Assembly (NCBI GenBank): GCA_002633005.1 | Contig: NMRA01000618.1 | Coordinates: forward strand, 1-53,315 | Length of the DNA: 53,315 nucleotides | From: Phoronis australis | Lineage: Eukaryota; Animalia; Phoronida | Direction of reading: 5' to 3' | Shown: piece by piece, positions 12,289-27,200 of the stretch | Position numbering within the stretch: the first letter of the stretch is position 1 | How the letters are laid out: each line of letters begins with the position of its first letter | The notes under the pieces: model-generated | What the model was told of the DNA's origin: nothing | The model's input: the letters and a program-made list of their open reading frames with translations, nothing else | The model's database searches: none | Program-made: the position numbers and the translations under genes

Positions 12289-15200
12289 CTGCAGTAAGAC
12301 ATCAGTTGTAATCAAAGACAATTTAACATGGACTGTCGCTTCAACTTGAAGCTAACACAGTGTAAAGAACAACAGTTTCCAAAGCTCTTGCTGACTTTTT
12401 GAGCTGGTCTGCAAAGATCAGCGAAATGATGGAGTAAGACTTATATATATGACTTCTTGCCCGAAAACAACAAGGAGTATGTGCAAAACAATTATGGTTG
12501 TGAATTTAATTGCAAATGAAAAACACAATAACACTATCAGAAAAATCAATAAAAAATAATGAAACAAACAACAGTTGTTCCAACCCATAAACTACGATGG
12601 TATAAAAATTGTCAACTTCAAACCACAAAAACAAGTTAGTGGCAGTAAATTTAATGGCAGAGGCTGAGGTGGAATCGTTAAAACTGGTAAACAGGTAAAA
12701 AGATATACTGTTGAATCAGAAAAAATCTAGATTGATCCCTTGACCTCTCGAAAGTTATTAATTTTCCAATCTAAGACTGCTGGACTACCCACCGACGATA
12801 ACCTCGTAATTCTTGGCACTGTTCGTCACCTCGTATGCTACTCTCATCTCTGAGTAGCTAACGCCCCCTATAATGAAGAAAATGAGTCGAGGCCCGCTTT
12901 TGGGGGCCTGTCCGCGGTCACGGTGCCAGTTGTAGCGAGCACTGAAACCAAACCATCATTAAAAGCTGTGTCAAGAGGTGGAGCTAGCAATGCTTCAAAC
13001 GACTTCAATATTACAAGCCAATGGACTCTAAGTTTATCTCCTGGTAACCACGATTATTTTCTCCAAAAATTTATTAAATGGGCTTTTTGGACATCATTTT
13101 AAGATAATAGGAAACATTCTATGTACAACTCTTTAGCATTGTGAGAGCACAAAAGTGTGTTTTGTTTGACCAAGTTCTATAGTTGAATGCAAGGTGGGCC
13201 AAGTTGAGAAGGATGAAACACAACTTTTTCATTCACGGACATTTTGAGACGTTGGACATTTCTGGATGAATCATTCGAATATGCCACTACACAGCAGTGG
13301 TGACAATGGTAGTACAAATGTGCTAAATCCACACAATGAATGCAGAACATTGTCCACTGACCACCCTATCGCCATCTAGTGACAAGGCTCAATTCATCAT
13401 GCCGTCGAAATGGCTATATTGTTACCTCAATCACCTTTAAAAGCAATCAAACAATGCTTTACTCATTGCATGGCTAATATTATCTCTCACTTATCAATCG
13501 TTAGTTTAACAATAATTTAATAAATTCATGAAATCAGTCTGACAGAGGTGCAGGCCTAAAACACCTTTTAATACCACATGAACAGTTAACATAATGTTCC
13601 AGTTAAAGTTGCTAGGCCTAAGATCAGTGAACAAGGCTTTATATGTTATACATAAAAAATCATGATCTGATATCCGGGAGCAAAAAATCGCCAAAGCCCC
13701 ACGTCCTTCCATTCCCTAACAGTAATCGCATTCTCTAACAATAATTACGGGAAAATTTAATCAGCGATGGAAAAAAGTCTGAGACAGTGGCAAAATAAAA
13801 TGATCTTAACATGTGGGTGTAAAAAATTTCAAAACTGCAAAAACTCGCAAAATCTAGTCTAGTTTCAATTCCAAACAATTCCAAACCGAAGAAAAATATT
13901 GAAAAAGGACTCTGCAAATTTAACATAACCAGCTCAAACAAAAGCTTTCCCTTGGATAGAGGGCTTCATGTTTATAACTACACTAGTTTTGCCTCACTGC
14001 ACCAGGGGGAAGTAGTGTCTGTCAGCATTGAATATATAATGGTTGACAACCACGTCTCTAGTTGTAAAGAAACTCACCTCCTTGGACCCGATCTGATTGG
14101 GCCTCTGCTGCCACCTCCTGACAAGTAGGGGAACTGTTTGGTGTCAAGTTTGTCCTCAACAGCTTCCTGGGAAAAGACAGCAAACACCATTGGTAATGGC
14201 AAACACTGATAGGTTAGCTGCAGAACATGGATTTCTAGTAAAATCTAGCATAACAGGAAAGAACATTGAGAGCACAACAATGGAAATGCATGGCGTCCAT
14301 TGTGGTGTTTGCTACTGGCAGTCTGACTGTTCCTTCCTACACACATACGCAACACTCCTCCCTCGTGCATATCAAGTCCTTAATGTAAGGCATCCACTGT
14401 GATGTTTGGTACTGAGAGTGGGACTGTTCGTTCCTGAACACACCATAAACTAAGCAGACTTCGACAGATCTCTCCCATACTTGGATGAACTTCTTGACAG
14501 AATTATTTGGCAGTTTAGGTTCGTTGCAATGGAATAACATGTCTTTTGAAAATCAGTGAATTTTAACTTACATTTCTGAAATGAGATGCTCTTGAGCTTA
14601 TTGGTTATTTATGAAAGATTGTCGCAATTTGACCAAAGAGCTTGGAGCTACACCTGCTGAATCGGGTCACACTCCAAATACATCAAACAGTTAACATGCA
14701 GTGCCCAATGTGACATCTGCCACAGACGGNTCTGCTGCCACCTCCTGACAAGTAGGGGAACTGTTTGGTGTCAAGTTTGTCCTCAACAGCTTCCTGGGAA
14801 AAGACAGCAAACACCATTGGTAATGGCAAACACTGATAGGTTAGCTGCAGAACATGGATTTCTAGTAAAATCTAGCAAAACAGGAAAGAACATTGAAAGC
14901 ACAACAATGGAAATGCATGGCGTCCATTGTGATGTTTGCTACTGGCAGTCTGACTGTTCCTTCCTACACACATACGCAACACTCCTCCCTCGTGCATATC
15001 AAGTCCTTAATGTAAGGCATCCACTGTGATGTTTGGTACTGAGAGTGGGACTGTTCGTTCCTTAATACACCATAAACTAAGCAGACTTCGACAGATCTTT
15101 CCCATACTTGGATGAACTTCTTGACAGAATTAATTGGCAGTTTAGGTTCGTTGCAATGGAATAACATGTCTTTTGAAAATCAGTGAATTTTAACTTACAT

Positions 15201-18200
15201 TTCTGAAATGAGATGCTCTTGAGCTTATTGGTTATTTATGAAAGATTGTTGCAATTTGACCAAAGAGCTTGGAGCTACACCTGCTGAATCGGGTCACACT
15301 CCAAATACATCAAACAGTTAACATGCAGTGCCCAATGTGACATCTGCCACAGACGGTGTGACTGTTCATTCTTACACACACATACACAACACTGCCCCCC
15401 CTCCTCACCTCCATCAAGTCCTTAATGTATGGTGTCCACCGCGACATCTGATACTGATGATCAGAGCGTTCCTTCCTGTTGTACGTCTGATACGGCTGTT
15501 GTGCACGGCGACGACTACTACCCTAGAAAGACAACAAATGAACAGTCATTACAACTGTAGATGATTCTGTAACAGGAAATATATGACAGCATGGTGGTAA
15601 ATCTGATAACATGGTGGTATACATGATAACATGGTGGTATACCTGATAACATTGGTGGTATAACTGATAACATCACGGTCTATATGACAACATGGTGGTA
15701 CATGACAAGAACATGACAGCATATATGATACCATGTTCCTCCACTTGAAGTTTATTGACATGACAAAGCTAGCATAATACAGAGTAGAACACTTAACAAA
15801 GAGTAAGACATCTATTTCACCATGAAGACCAAAACACAGCTTTTACAGCACAATACTTACTAAGCAGAGTTGGTGTTACCCAGCCAGACACTGGATATAA
15901 CATGGATGTGATTTCTGTGTACATGCAACCGATTAATACTTAGACACTGTCAAGTACAGGAGGACAGGATGCCATCCTAGTGTCAAAAATGAAAACTAAC
16001 ACAGCACTGCTTTTATAACGATTCATAGGACTAAATGTAGTTTCTTTTGTTAGGTTGCCGAGGCAGCATAAGAAACAGTAGTATAGCTCAGATTACAGAG
16101 AATTAACTCGTGTTTAATGGCAAACCACAGTTTGTCATGTCTCAAATTTTTCAAAATGTCACGGAATTTCAAGCAAGTAAGTTTTGTCACAGACTGCCAC
16201 CATGGCCACAGGCGACCCATTCTGTGAACAACAGACTACACAGTCAACTCACGTCCTGAATGATGGGGACATTAAGGTTCTGTGTGTTGGTGATGATGCA
16301 CCTGTCTAGGTCAGGAATACCTGCGTGCTGGACCAGCTTGGTCAGGTTCTCTTCAGATATACCTGGAAACAAAAGATGGGCCATATGAGGGCAGCAGAGG
16401 ACAATTATCAGAGATAGCACGTATTAAGAAGACAATACATCTAGTATGATGACATAAAACACTAGGAGCACCAAACGTCCAGGCTCAAGCCCTTCAAAAG
16501 TAATATGAATAACACAAGTGACAAACAAGCTGGATTAGATAACCGGGCTGCAATCTAATGCCATTGCATGTGAATAGACACCAGTACAACAGAACCCCCA
16601 TAGCATACACACCTGTAGGGAAATACCACACTACAGACTTGTCAGACGAGATATCTCAAACAAAATCAGTTTTGTGAAAATCTACAGTTGCGTGCAAGCA
16701 AATCATAAACACAACAAAGTCTTGCACAGGCGCAACTCATTAAGATTTGAAGAATACCAGAGGAAATAGTTACGGGGCTCTTTTGAAAACTTATGATTCC
16801 TCAGCCAAATACGGGCTTTAATAGTATGTTGTCAGTTGACAAGTGATGACCTTGAAATATTTGCAGTTTCCCTTTAATGGTCACACCTGAGACAAAAATT
16901 ATATCCTGCCCAGGTTTTCTACACAATACGCGCCAAGCATGCAAAATATTGAACTGTCAGAAATAGGATGACCTTGACCTTGACTTACCTCCCCTGTGTA
17001 AGATATAGAGCAGAATGATTCTGATTTTGTCGTAGTGAGACGTGTTCTGATCCAGCAGGATAGGTACAATGTTTCTCATTGGATCACGGATCTTCTCACC
17101 CTCCACGTCCGTACCCATGGCCAAATCCTGAAGGTAAATTGATTAATTATTAGTACAATACACCTAGACATACAAAATCATCACAACCACAACAGGAAGT
17201 TGACTTCCAATCATCAAAGCCAGAGTCAAAAAAAAACAAAAATAGCCCATATACTCCTTCTGGTTAATTAGATAAAAACAATGAATCCTAACGCAAAGCC
17301 ACTTCAGTTATTATCAAGGAATGTTCTTTATTCAAGCGAAAAAACAGGACATCAAATAAATACAATTTGAGATCAAGCATCTTTAAGTTTAGACTTTAAA
17401 TTTCTGGAAATGCTGCCAAACACATTTTTGCAATGAATTCAAAACCGAATATGACAGTATAAACAGCATTACAATTTATGAAATGTTTCTATTTTAGGTA
17501 ACGCTCTGCGACCAGTGAAACTTTTTTGAAAGATTAATTAGTAAAATTTAATAACGAATATAGCTCAGTTCAGTGTTCAAAAGCATCACATGCATGTGTG
17601 AACACTGTGCACGCTGAACAAGTAATCAACGGCAATATCACTAGTTATCAAAAAATAAATTAGAAACTTTGACAGAACCCTGCTAGACTCTGCCAAACTT
17701 GAATGAAGTTCTTGCTAGCATTATTAAGCAACTAATTTGAACAATTGTCATGATAAAATGTCAATTTTGACGAACTTTAATCAGACTGTTTAATACTTGA
17801 AAGAAACGGCAAGTTGTCATAATTTTGACCAGATGCTGTTGAGATTTGACTGGAATTGAAATGTGTTCTGTTTAAGAAAAAATATATATCCAGTTGTCGT
17901 TTTTTTGTGTCAAACTTCACTGAATTTCAAGGTAGTATATCTGGTTTTGAATACTAACTGTACACATCTCTTGCCATGTACTTGCTCCGCGTAGCACAAC
18001 TTGCCATTTGCTCCAAAAACACAACTGCAGTGTCCAATTCCATTGCCCGTTGAGTGACAACAAAAGCTGGTAGACTGTCTCCACCCAAATATATAAGCTA
18101 AGCTGATGACCTCACTTGGGAACTAGCCATGTATGATGATTCACCTATTAACAACTAGTGGTGCCACCTACCTGCTCTACCTTGCACAGCTTGTCTATAC

Positions 18201-21200
18201 GACCTTGGTAGTTCTTCATGCAGTCCTCAGCCAGGTGCAGCTGGGTCGAGTACTTGCTCAACTCGTTCTGATACTGAGGCATCTTCTTCAGCATCTGCGA
18301 GAGATCTCTGATGTTGGCCTTCTCTCCCGTCAACATTCGCTTCTGGGTGGCAAAGTCTTTCAACTGTTTCGTCACCTCTCTGCAGAAACAAGCACACGGG
18401 GAAATCAACAGGGGGCGCGTCCGTTCCACAATTCACAACTCACAGCTCAGTAGTTTTCCAAAGAACTTGAATGTAGAAATCAAGTGCAAACTAGGATTTG
18501 TCAGTGACTCATGTAAACCATAAAGTAACACCAAATATAGGACGTTTATCGGGAATACACAGAAAAGCAGAATGGGAGATGTCAACAAAATTTGATTCGG
18601 ACTACACAGATTTGACTCCGAGCCCTGGAGTTATGCTGTATGACTTACTGGGATACGACCGCAATGTGCTGATGGCGCAGATTTACCCACAATTCATCAT
18701 TCTCATCCAGTAGCACTTCCTTTTCTGTGGCAACAGGACCACTTGTGTTTTCATACCTAGAAAAAACAACGACATACTTCATAAGAGAACCCAAAATAGA
18801 TTGTCGTAGCAATAAATTTCTAATGAACGGAGCAGCGGCCACAGATGGAATTAAACAACGTAAGGAAACTGATAACACCATGCTATACGGTTTATTTTTA
18901 ACCATAGTCTAAGATTTATCTCAACCTCCAAACTTTGAAACTTCTAATCCGATATAAATTACATCAAGATTAACACACATCTAGAGCAAAAAAAACTGAT
19001 AAGCCAAACTTAATATCACGTTCTTGAAATGTACTTAAAAAATAAAGTTTTACTTTAAAATTGATTTCAGATTTGTCTTAGCTTGGTCAGTTTTCTTAAA
19101 ACAAGCCCCTGGTGTACTGTATCAGACATGCTGCCGTCTCCTCATAAAGAACCATATCTGAATGCGGTAGTTCAACTCGAGTGTTAAAGAATACCCTGCC
19201 AGCCACTACAAAAATAACGCATATCCACTCACTTATAGACGTCATTTTCAATTGGAAGTAGGTCATAGGCCATAGCCTGAAAGGTCAACTCATGCAACAG
19301 TGGCGAAATAGGGTCAAACCCTCGGTCCAGGATGATAAGCTGTGACCGGTCTTTACCAGGGCCCTAAAACAACACGGAAAAATTTTAAGTGATACCATGT
19401 ATTCTACGATTAAAGGAATTTATGATATACTTTAGGCACGACATTTTAGAAACGCAGTCCGCCTAAAAAATTTTATTTGAAATCAAAAATGATATTTCTC
19501 TATCATTTCCAGAGCCTGTGATGTGGTACCTATTGTAGCCATACTGCCAAGTGTGAACATGCTCCACTATTACGTGTTATTTATGCCTCACACATCCAAG
19601 CCATAGTCATAAAGAGTCTTCTCTCAAAAAGTTTCAATTGTTGTAATTTCACTTGATGGGAAATTGTTCCTTACTCAGAGTGGAAGTGATTTCTGAACCT
19701 GGGGTCTATTTTTTTACTCGAAATTGAACTAAAAAATTAATTTTGTCATTTCTTATCTTATTTTGTGCTAATTCAAGATAAATATACTTTATCCTATGCT
19801 CAAGCACATAATGATAACTGTCTAATCCTAGTTTGCATTTGATGACCCAAGCATTAAGGTGAACTCGAAATTTCAAATTTTTACAGCTTGACCTAGTAAC
19901 TCAAATAAGATCTTCTGTCATCAAGTGCGAACGTGGACTAGATACTCATATGCAAAATCATAATGTACTTGAGCACAGACTAATAAACACTGATCTTGAG
20001 TTCGCGCAAAAGTAGAAAGGGAAATGTCAAAAATAATTTTGAGTTTTTGATTCCGAGTACAAAGACTAGACCCCGGACTCACTGACAGTACATTATTTCT
20101 AAAGACTAGAACCAAAAATATAATTATGTGATTACTTTCATAAAAGTGATGTAATAATCCTTACTGTGATAGGATATTATTTCCTTTACCAACAAGAACA
20201 TGGAAACCACCAACGACAGAGAGGTTTACTATTATTGGGCTTGCCGAACCTTACAAACGTCAGTTTGAAAATAGCACAAGTTTCATCACTTGCATTGCTA
20301 GTTCATTGGAAAAAGTCAACATTTGACAAGCGCTTAATGTTTTGAAACCCCAAAATGATTCGGTTAAGAATTTAACGTTGACAGCTAAACAGCGGCAAAA
20401 TGCAACTGGCCGCCTTAAATTATGCTGAGCAGTCTCATGCAATAACCCAAGATTGTTGTTTTTCTCAATTTTATCAAGAAATCACATTTAATCTGACAAA
20501 AAATAAGTGAAGATCAGTTTTGTAATGAACGGCAAGTGGTCTAAATTAAATTTTTTTTTGACTAGAAGCAGCTTATCTTAGAGTTACGAGCATCAAGCCT
20601 GTACGGACTGCAATAACCTTCGACCTCAAGCCTTAGTGAAAATTCACGATCCTATCTGTCCATTACCTCTCCCATGGAGTGGTCGTCTGCTTTATACTGA
20701 TCCAATTTCTGCTGAACTAGCTGAGCGAACTCCGCATTCTTGTCGTGCATGGCGCGGTAGCGTACCGACGGGTACTCGCCGAGTGTGGCACACAGCGTGG
20801 CGATCTGCTCAGCGCACCGCTCCAAATTCAGGATTCGACCGCCAGACTTCATCGGGTTGTAGTAGATCTGGAAAGTCTCCGGAGAGTCCAGCGAGAACAC
20901 CTGCAACAAAACAAGGTAGGTGATATTGATTAAACTTGTAGCGGCTATTGTGTGTCACGTATCCAGTGCAACACGATAAGCACCAGACTTTGTAAGCAAA
21001 CCCTTGCATGTATTGATCAGAGTTATCTTCACAGGTAACCACAAGCGTTATTTTCAGACAAAAGAGAATGACATCAAAAGTAATGCCAGGCGACCATTTT
21101 TGCTTTTGACAACAGGTCTTCATACGAGCGGTGACTTCAAAACAGCCAGTATCTCCTCAGTTTGCTGAGATCACACAGATGTCCACATTATGCACTTTAA

Positions 21201-24200
21201 GTAAAGCACGCGATTGCACTACATTTCATTCCAAGCTACAGCTGCAAATGCACCACTGGGGTTTAACAATTAATTTGTTTCAAGGCATGACCAGCTCATC
21301 TGAAAATGGTTGATGACATTATGTCCAATGTCCACTAAATTTGTTACACATGGTTTATTCTAGGAGCTGGACCATGTCTTTCGCAAGGTGGCAATTGACA
21401 AGTAGACAGTATTGCACAAGACAAAAGTATCCGGAGATCCATCTTGCTTTCCTTAACTTCACTGAAAGTGAAGTGGAATTTCACAAAGTGTGACTGAGAA
21501 GAGAAACGCGTCTCCGGATATTTTTGTCCAATAAATTTTGACAGCTGTTGTACCAATCTCAAGCATAGCATGATCATATTAGCTTCCACTCATGAAAGAC
21601 AAGCGTGATGAGTGCAGACCTGGTTGCCACGGCAACCTGTATTGACCTACCCTCTGTTCATATGGTAGAAAGGCTATGTTGATTTCCTTCAGTGTCTTGA
21701 TGGACTTGGCCGCAGATGACTTGCAAAGTTCATTGAAGAGCTCATCAGGGCATGCTGCGGGGATATAGCATAATACGTGATACAAGACTAATGTTAAACT
21801 GTTTCCATGGCAATTAGCAATTGCTGACTAGTCATGCTGAGAAGCTGGATGACCACAGGGTGGAGCAAGAAAACCAGTCTTGTCTGCAGATCTGCACTGC
21901 CATAACAACAGTCCCTTGCGAGTCACATAGACGCCCACAGTGAACATAAAATAACTATATAAAGCTGTAATAATAACCAACATTTCACCAAAGGAACACA
22001 ATTTGATTTAGACCTCTAACTTCTGCAAAACTGATCTCAGCTTGCTCACCATTCACGTAAGACTGGATTTCTGGGTCTGGACAGAATGGACAGATCGTTA
22101 TTACTTATCACCTGTTCGGCGTGTAAAACCACCTGCATTGACCAGCCAACATGATGAGCCCCAAGTGTTCCAACCAATAACAAACACCATCGGCACTTCA
22201 AAGTTGAGAAATCACTTCCACGTTACAAACAAATTGAGACCAGTTTTTCAACTTGCAGCAAATACGTAGTTTAAAAAAAATTTGCATTTTGAAAAACGAC
22301 TTGAGACTTAAGAGTGAAATTTGTTCTCACACTCTCCATAGCCATGTCTGAAAAAAAAATCAAAATTAACTTCAACATTTGGTACAAAGTATCTGAGAAT
22401 ATATACGTAACTCATACTCATTGAGTAAATTGGCATTAATAATTTCCAGATAGTGGCATGCTAATATAACTACACCACTAAAACTTTATTTGCTAAATGT
22501 GAAGTGACAGTGTAACACCAAATATCTGACTTAAATCTCAAGCCCCCTTTTTGGGTAACGGACCCCAGGTAGGCTTACATCCCATTTAACTATTCCGGTA
22601 ACAAAGAGAGAACTTCTCCTTGTTAACTATCACAACACACGTACTCGCTTATCTATGTTTGCATCAATACTTCCAAGAAGCTAATCACAAATTAACAGAC
22701 ATTTTTCTTGATGGGTGAAATAATGCCAGTCAGTATCACATGACTTAAAAAAAATTGTTCACATAGCGTTCACAGGGACATGATTGCCACGGGTGGGTAC
22801 TTACTGCCATTTGAGAATGGCATAGGAAAACTTCTCTATTTCGAGTAACTTGAGATGATTACTGACACTGGGTGTATGTAGTCGTTTCCTTAATGGCCAC
22901 TTTTGCAATATGATGACCAAACAAGGACAAAATGTGGCAGTTAAGTGAAACTTTATTTTTTATAAAAAATAATTAGCACCAAATCAACATCAGTTTTAAG
23001 GTTGGACACAACAACCATACGACAATGTTCCTATGAAATTGTGGACATACACAACGATGTTAGAAGCCATTGAAAAAATGAAGACAAAATTTGGCTGAAG
23101 TTGTTTTAATTTTACCGTATTTCTCCACATTAGTTTACCGACCTCACCTATACTAATTACTACTAACTATAATTATGACCCGAGGAGTTTCAGTAAAACA
23201 GGAGGTCCCCATCTACAAGTACCATAATTTACCGGCTCAATGCCAGCAAACATGGACGATGAGGAGACAGGGGTCTCTGTACAGGGCTGGACTTGGCAAC
23301 CTGCACGTTGCCAATGCTTCCCAAGTCGCCACTGCGAGTATCAAAGTCAGACAAAAATTCCAACCAAAATTCATTTCAAAGTTGGTGTTGACTTCCGAGT
23401 CTTAAAATAATGCCAGTTTTCCTAGATTTAATACCTCTGGTTCACAACTCTTCCGTTTATTTCGTGAAATCAGTGCATTTACCAACACAACAATCAGCAG
23501 ACATCAAACGTCTGCTTAAATTACAACAGGAAGTAAACAGCATGGAAGTCCAAACTGTTTGGGAAAAAACTGGGTGAGATCAATGAAACACGGGCCTCTA
23601 GTGTATGTGAACTTCCGCGTTCTATCTTCCTTGGTAGGAGGAATTGAGTTCGAGATTGGGTAGATATTTTCAAGTGGAGATATTGAAGAGGTATGCGTAA
23701 CTTTCTGACTACAGAGTACGGCACAGCCTATTTTGGGTCAATGATTTTGGCATCAGTTTTCGCGACATCAGATTTAGTTTGGTGACCTGGGAATTTTGCC
23801 AAGTCGCAAAAAGCGCCAAATGTGACTTGGCGTCAAGCTCGGTGTTGAGCACTAGCATGGCTTCTTTGAAGTTATTTCAAAAACCTAGCCAGGAACCAGA
23901 AAATAACACTGCACCAATTGAAAACAAGACGGAATGCTTTGCTCAGAAAAGTGAAGGAGAATATTTAGGCTAACTTTTAATTTAAACTACTCAGTGTCAG
24001 TAGACTTGATTCTTTGGACTAACCATAGTTCACCTAATCATTTCCAATTGACACAGATAATGGACTGACCTTCAGTGAAGTACACGTGCGCTCCCTGATA
24101 GGGTCTGTTATGGCTGGGCTGGGTGAAGTCGTTGATCAGCTGGGTGACAGACTGGAATGAACTCCAGAAGGTGGCGTTACTGAACTCATAATAACATGAT

Positions 24201-27200
24201 GTCCAACTCGAATACAGGTTTCATAGACACACGGGCTCACGCATAGCAACAATACACTCAGGGTGCTCCAAAAATGTACAAGAAAATAGGAGTAACAGGA
24301 AATTCAAGCAGATATAGCGGCCTTTATTTTTTTATTCCAGGAAACCCTAAAATAGCTTAGAAAAGCATAGTGCAACAGTTGATTTAAATTGCAGAGAACA
24401 AGATTTTGATGAATTTTGATGACAAATGCAAACAGCTGCGCGGGTGCGCATTTCGTAGATGTGGGAAGCCTGTGAAAATGCGAGATCACTGAAGACTTCC
24501 TTGTGAAACGCAAGCAGAGCTCTGGCTTCATTCGCAATGTTCTTACATCTACGGAATGCATCCCGGATACTGAGGAGTTTCAGCTAAGCTAACATAATTG
24601 ATTCTGTTTTCTAAAGTGTGAAATTGTTTTCATTTTGAATACAGCACCCGAAGGAGAAGTCCTTATTGTGCAGTGCAGACTCCTAAAAATACATGTTGTT
24701 TCTCTGCAACTAAATCTGCCGTTCAAAAGAATTTTTGTTATTCCTGGAACACGAAAAACACCATTAATTTAAACTAAAAGGTTTTCTTGACATTCATATT
24801 TCAGGAGGCACTTTTTATGTTAATTCTACAATGAAAATTTTTAAGAGCTGGATAATTCTGAAGTTCTGAGCAACAACAAGGTTGACATAGAAAAGGTTAA
24901 AACATTGCGAACTCAAGTCAAAATTTTGTGTCTTGGACGAACACATGCTTACAGCCAGCTACTTAATCCTAACTCAAGGGGTTAGGCATTATCACACCAG
25001 GCTTAGAATCACACAAGCGAAGGATATTATGACGTCATCCCAGAAAGCTTAGGTTAGTTATAGGGCAACCATTAGGGACGGTTAGGGTTAGGGTTGAGGT
25101 CAGAGTTTGGCAACAGTTCATGTCACTGTCAATTGTGCTTGGTGTGGTCTTGCCGAACCTTATGGTTATGTAGGACCCTAGAAAAATGTGCAAATCTGGA
25201 TAACTTAGGAATATTATATCTCAGATATGGCGTATCGGATTCATATGAACATTTCAGATAACTATGCTTTAAACACTGTTCATCAAAACGCTATTACTAT
25301 TTTAAATTTTTAAATGTTCCACTTTTGCAGGAGCAGTTATCATTATGATTTTCATGAACAACTACTTTAAACTTTGATATAACGATATCATATTTTAAAA
25401 AACTGCAATGGCATTTTTGAGACCTCATCATCAACATTTACAACTGAAATAAAATTTGATGAGATGTTATTGACACCAATGTATTTTTCTTTTTTTGCTA
25501 AATTTTACTAGTAACAAAACAAGGTCACGAGGTTCAATTAATGGAAGATTGGAATAAAAGTCAAAAATCAAATTCTCCAGGCTTTCTATTACATAAAACA
25601 TACATTTTTACAGATATTAAATCTACAGTTTTTACAGACACTTGATTGAATACACACACTTGTCAATAGGGTCCTACATAAACCGTAACTCAAGCGTTTT
25701 CCATAGCCTCAGACCCAATCAGAGAACGAAGTAATGTGTGGAGTGCCACTTACCTTCTGAGTGGGAGTTATCAGATATATTGCTTCCAGTTTGGGAAGCG
25801 ATTCTCGCCTCTTGTTGATGTCTTCAACCACTGAAAAACAAGATGGCCACGTTTTAGAAGTGCATGGGGAGAATAGTATGTATAACCCAAAGTGGAAACT
25901 GTTTTGATTATGTAAAATCAAAAGACACAAAGCAAAAACTGAACACTTAAAGAGTCAGAAAACTGCCTTTCGTCACAAAAATGATTTAGTCCACTTCCCA
26001 TCATGACAATGGTCTCAAAGTGTTCTTTAGTCAAAATGAGCATGACTTCTAAGCCTAGACAGAACTGACATTTTGTTATTGTTTAACACCAAGCTTTCCA
26101 AGTTGACTTGTCGTGGTGTGTCATTTTACTTGCGGACACAACGTCAAGGAATAACAAACTGTCAGCTCTTTTTGCAAGACCAAATATCACTTCTTATCTG
26201 AGCAAAGAGCAAGGTGGGACCAATCTTATAGCGGTAAATGAGTGATCTTAATGATCTTAGCTTCTTTGACGCAACTCTTTGCTAAATGCAAACATTGGGA
26301 TCTCCAGTGCTGCAATACTCACGTGCATCATGCAAACATTGGGATCTCCAGTGCTGCAATACTCACGTGCATCATGCAAACATTGGGATCTCCAGTGCTG
26401 CAATACTCACGTGCATCATGCAAACATTGGGATCTCCAGTGCTGCAATACTCACGTGCATCACGCGGCGCACTGACATTCTAACACTTAATCAGTCGTCA
26501 AACTTCGGTCCACTTCTTTGATAACCCTTACACCACCCCTTGCCCCTTTCTACCCACTAATCTCTAAAGATGATCTTCATAGACATGACTTGTGCCCCTT
26601 ACAGAAGGTGGACACCATTGTAACAGTCTTCTACCCCGAACATCTATTACAGGGTCACCCTAGCTTCTCATGCCCTTTTCTGCCCCTCACTCACATGTGA
26701 TGCCCTGCGACATGATCTCGTGCATCTTACAGCATGCTGACAACATCCTCATACTCAGATGGTCCACAACCAACACTTTCCAGTCGTCTTTCTTCTTGAC
26801 ACCGATCACGTCGGCCATCACCTCTGCAACCAAATAAAAAACCTGTTAAATAGGGGCCAAGGAATATCAGTGGGACAATGAAAGGCAAAGTTCTGAGGGA
26901 AAGATGCCAGTGCCTTCTGTTGGTAGTAGGGGGAAGCTCGTTGGAGAACACATTTACCAAAAGGTATAGGCACCATTCCCTCTGGTGAGCAAAGCCTCTG
27001 GAAAATCACTACGAGTTTTCAATCAGTACATGTGTTTTAAAACCATATTAAACATTACATGGAAGAGCCCCTCTCAACTAAAAGGAGAAAAGCGAAGGTA
27101 TACAATAGATCAGTCACCAAGAGGCAGTTGATAACATAACCACTGATAGACAGCGATCACAACACCCACAGACAGGAATGGCATGGCCTCACTTGACTTT

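Noticed and set aside
18133-20933. Plus-strand ORFs overlapping Munc18 exons 6 and 9
   Set aside because: Antisense shadows of GC-rich coding exons
25071-25100. Interstitial telomere (TTAGGG)
   Set aside because: Only 2-3 degenerate units inside a dispersed repeat (related sequence at ~39390-39490)
26287-26462. CRISPR-like array
   Set aside because: Identical head-to-tail units with no unique spacers, no cas genes, and located in a eukaryotic intron
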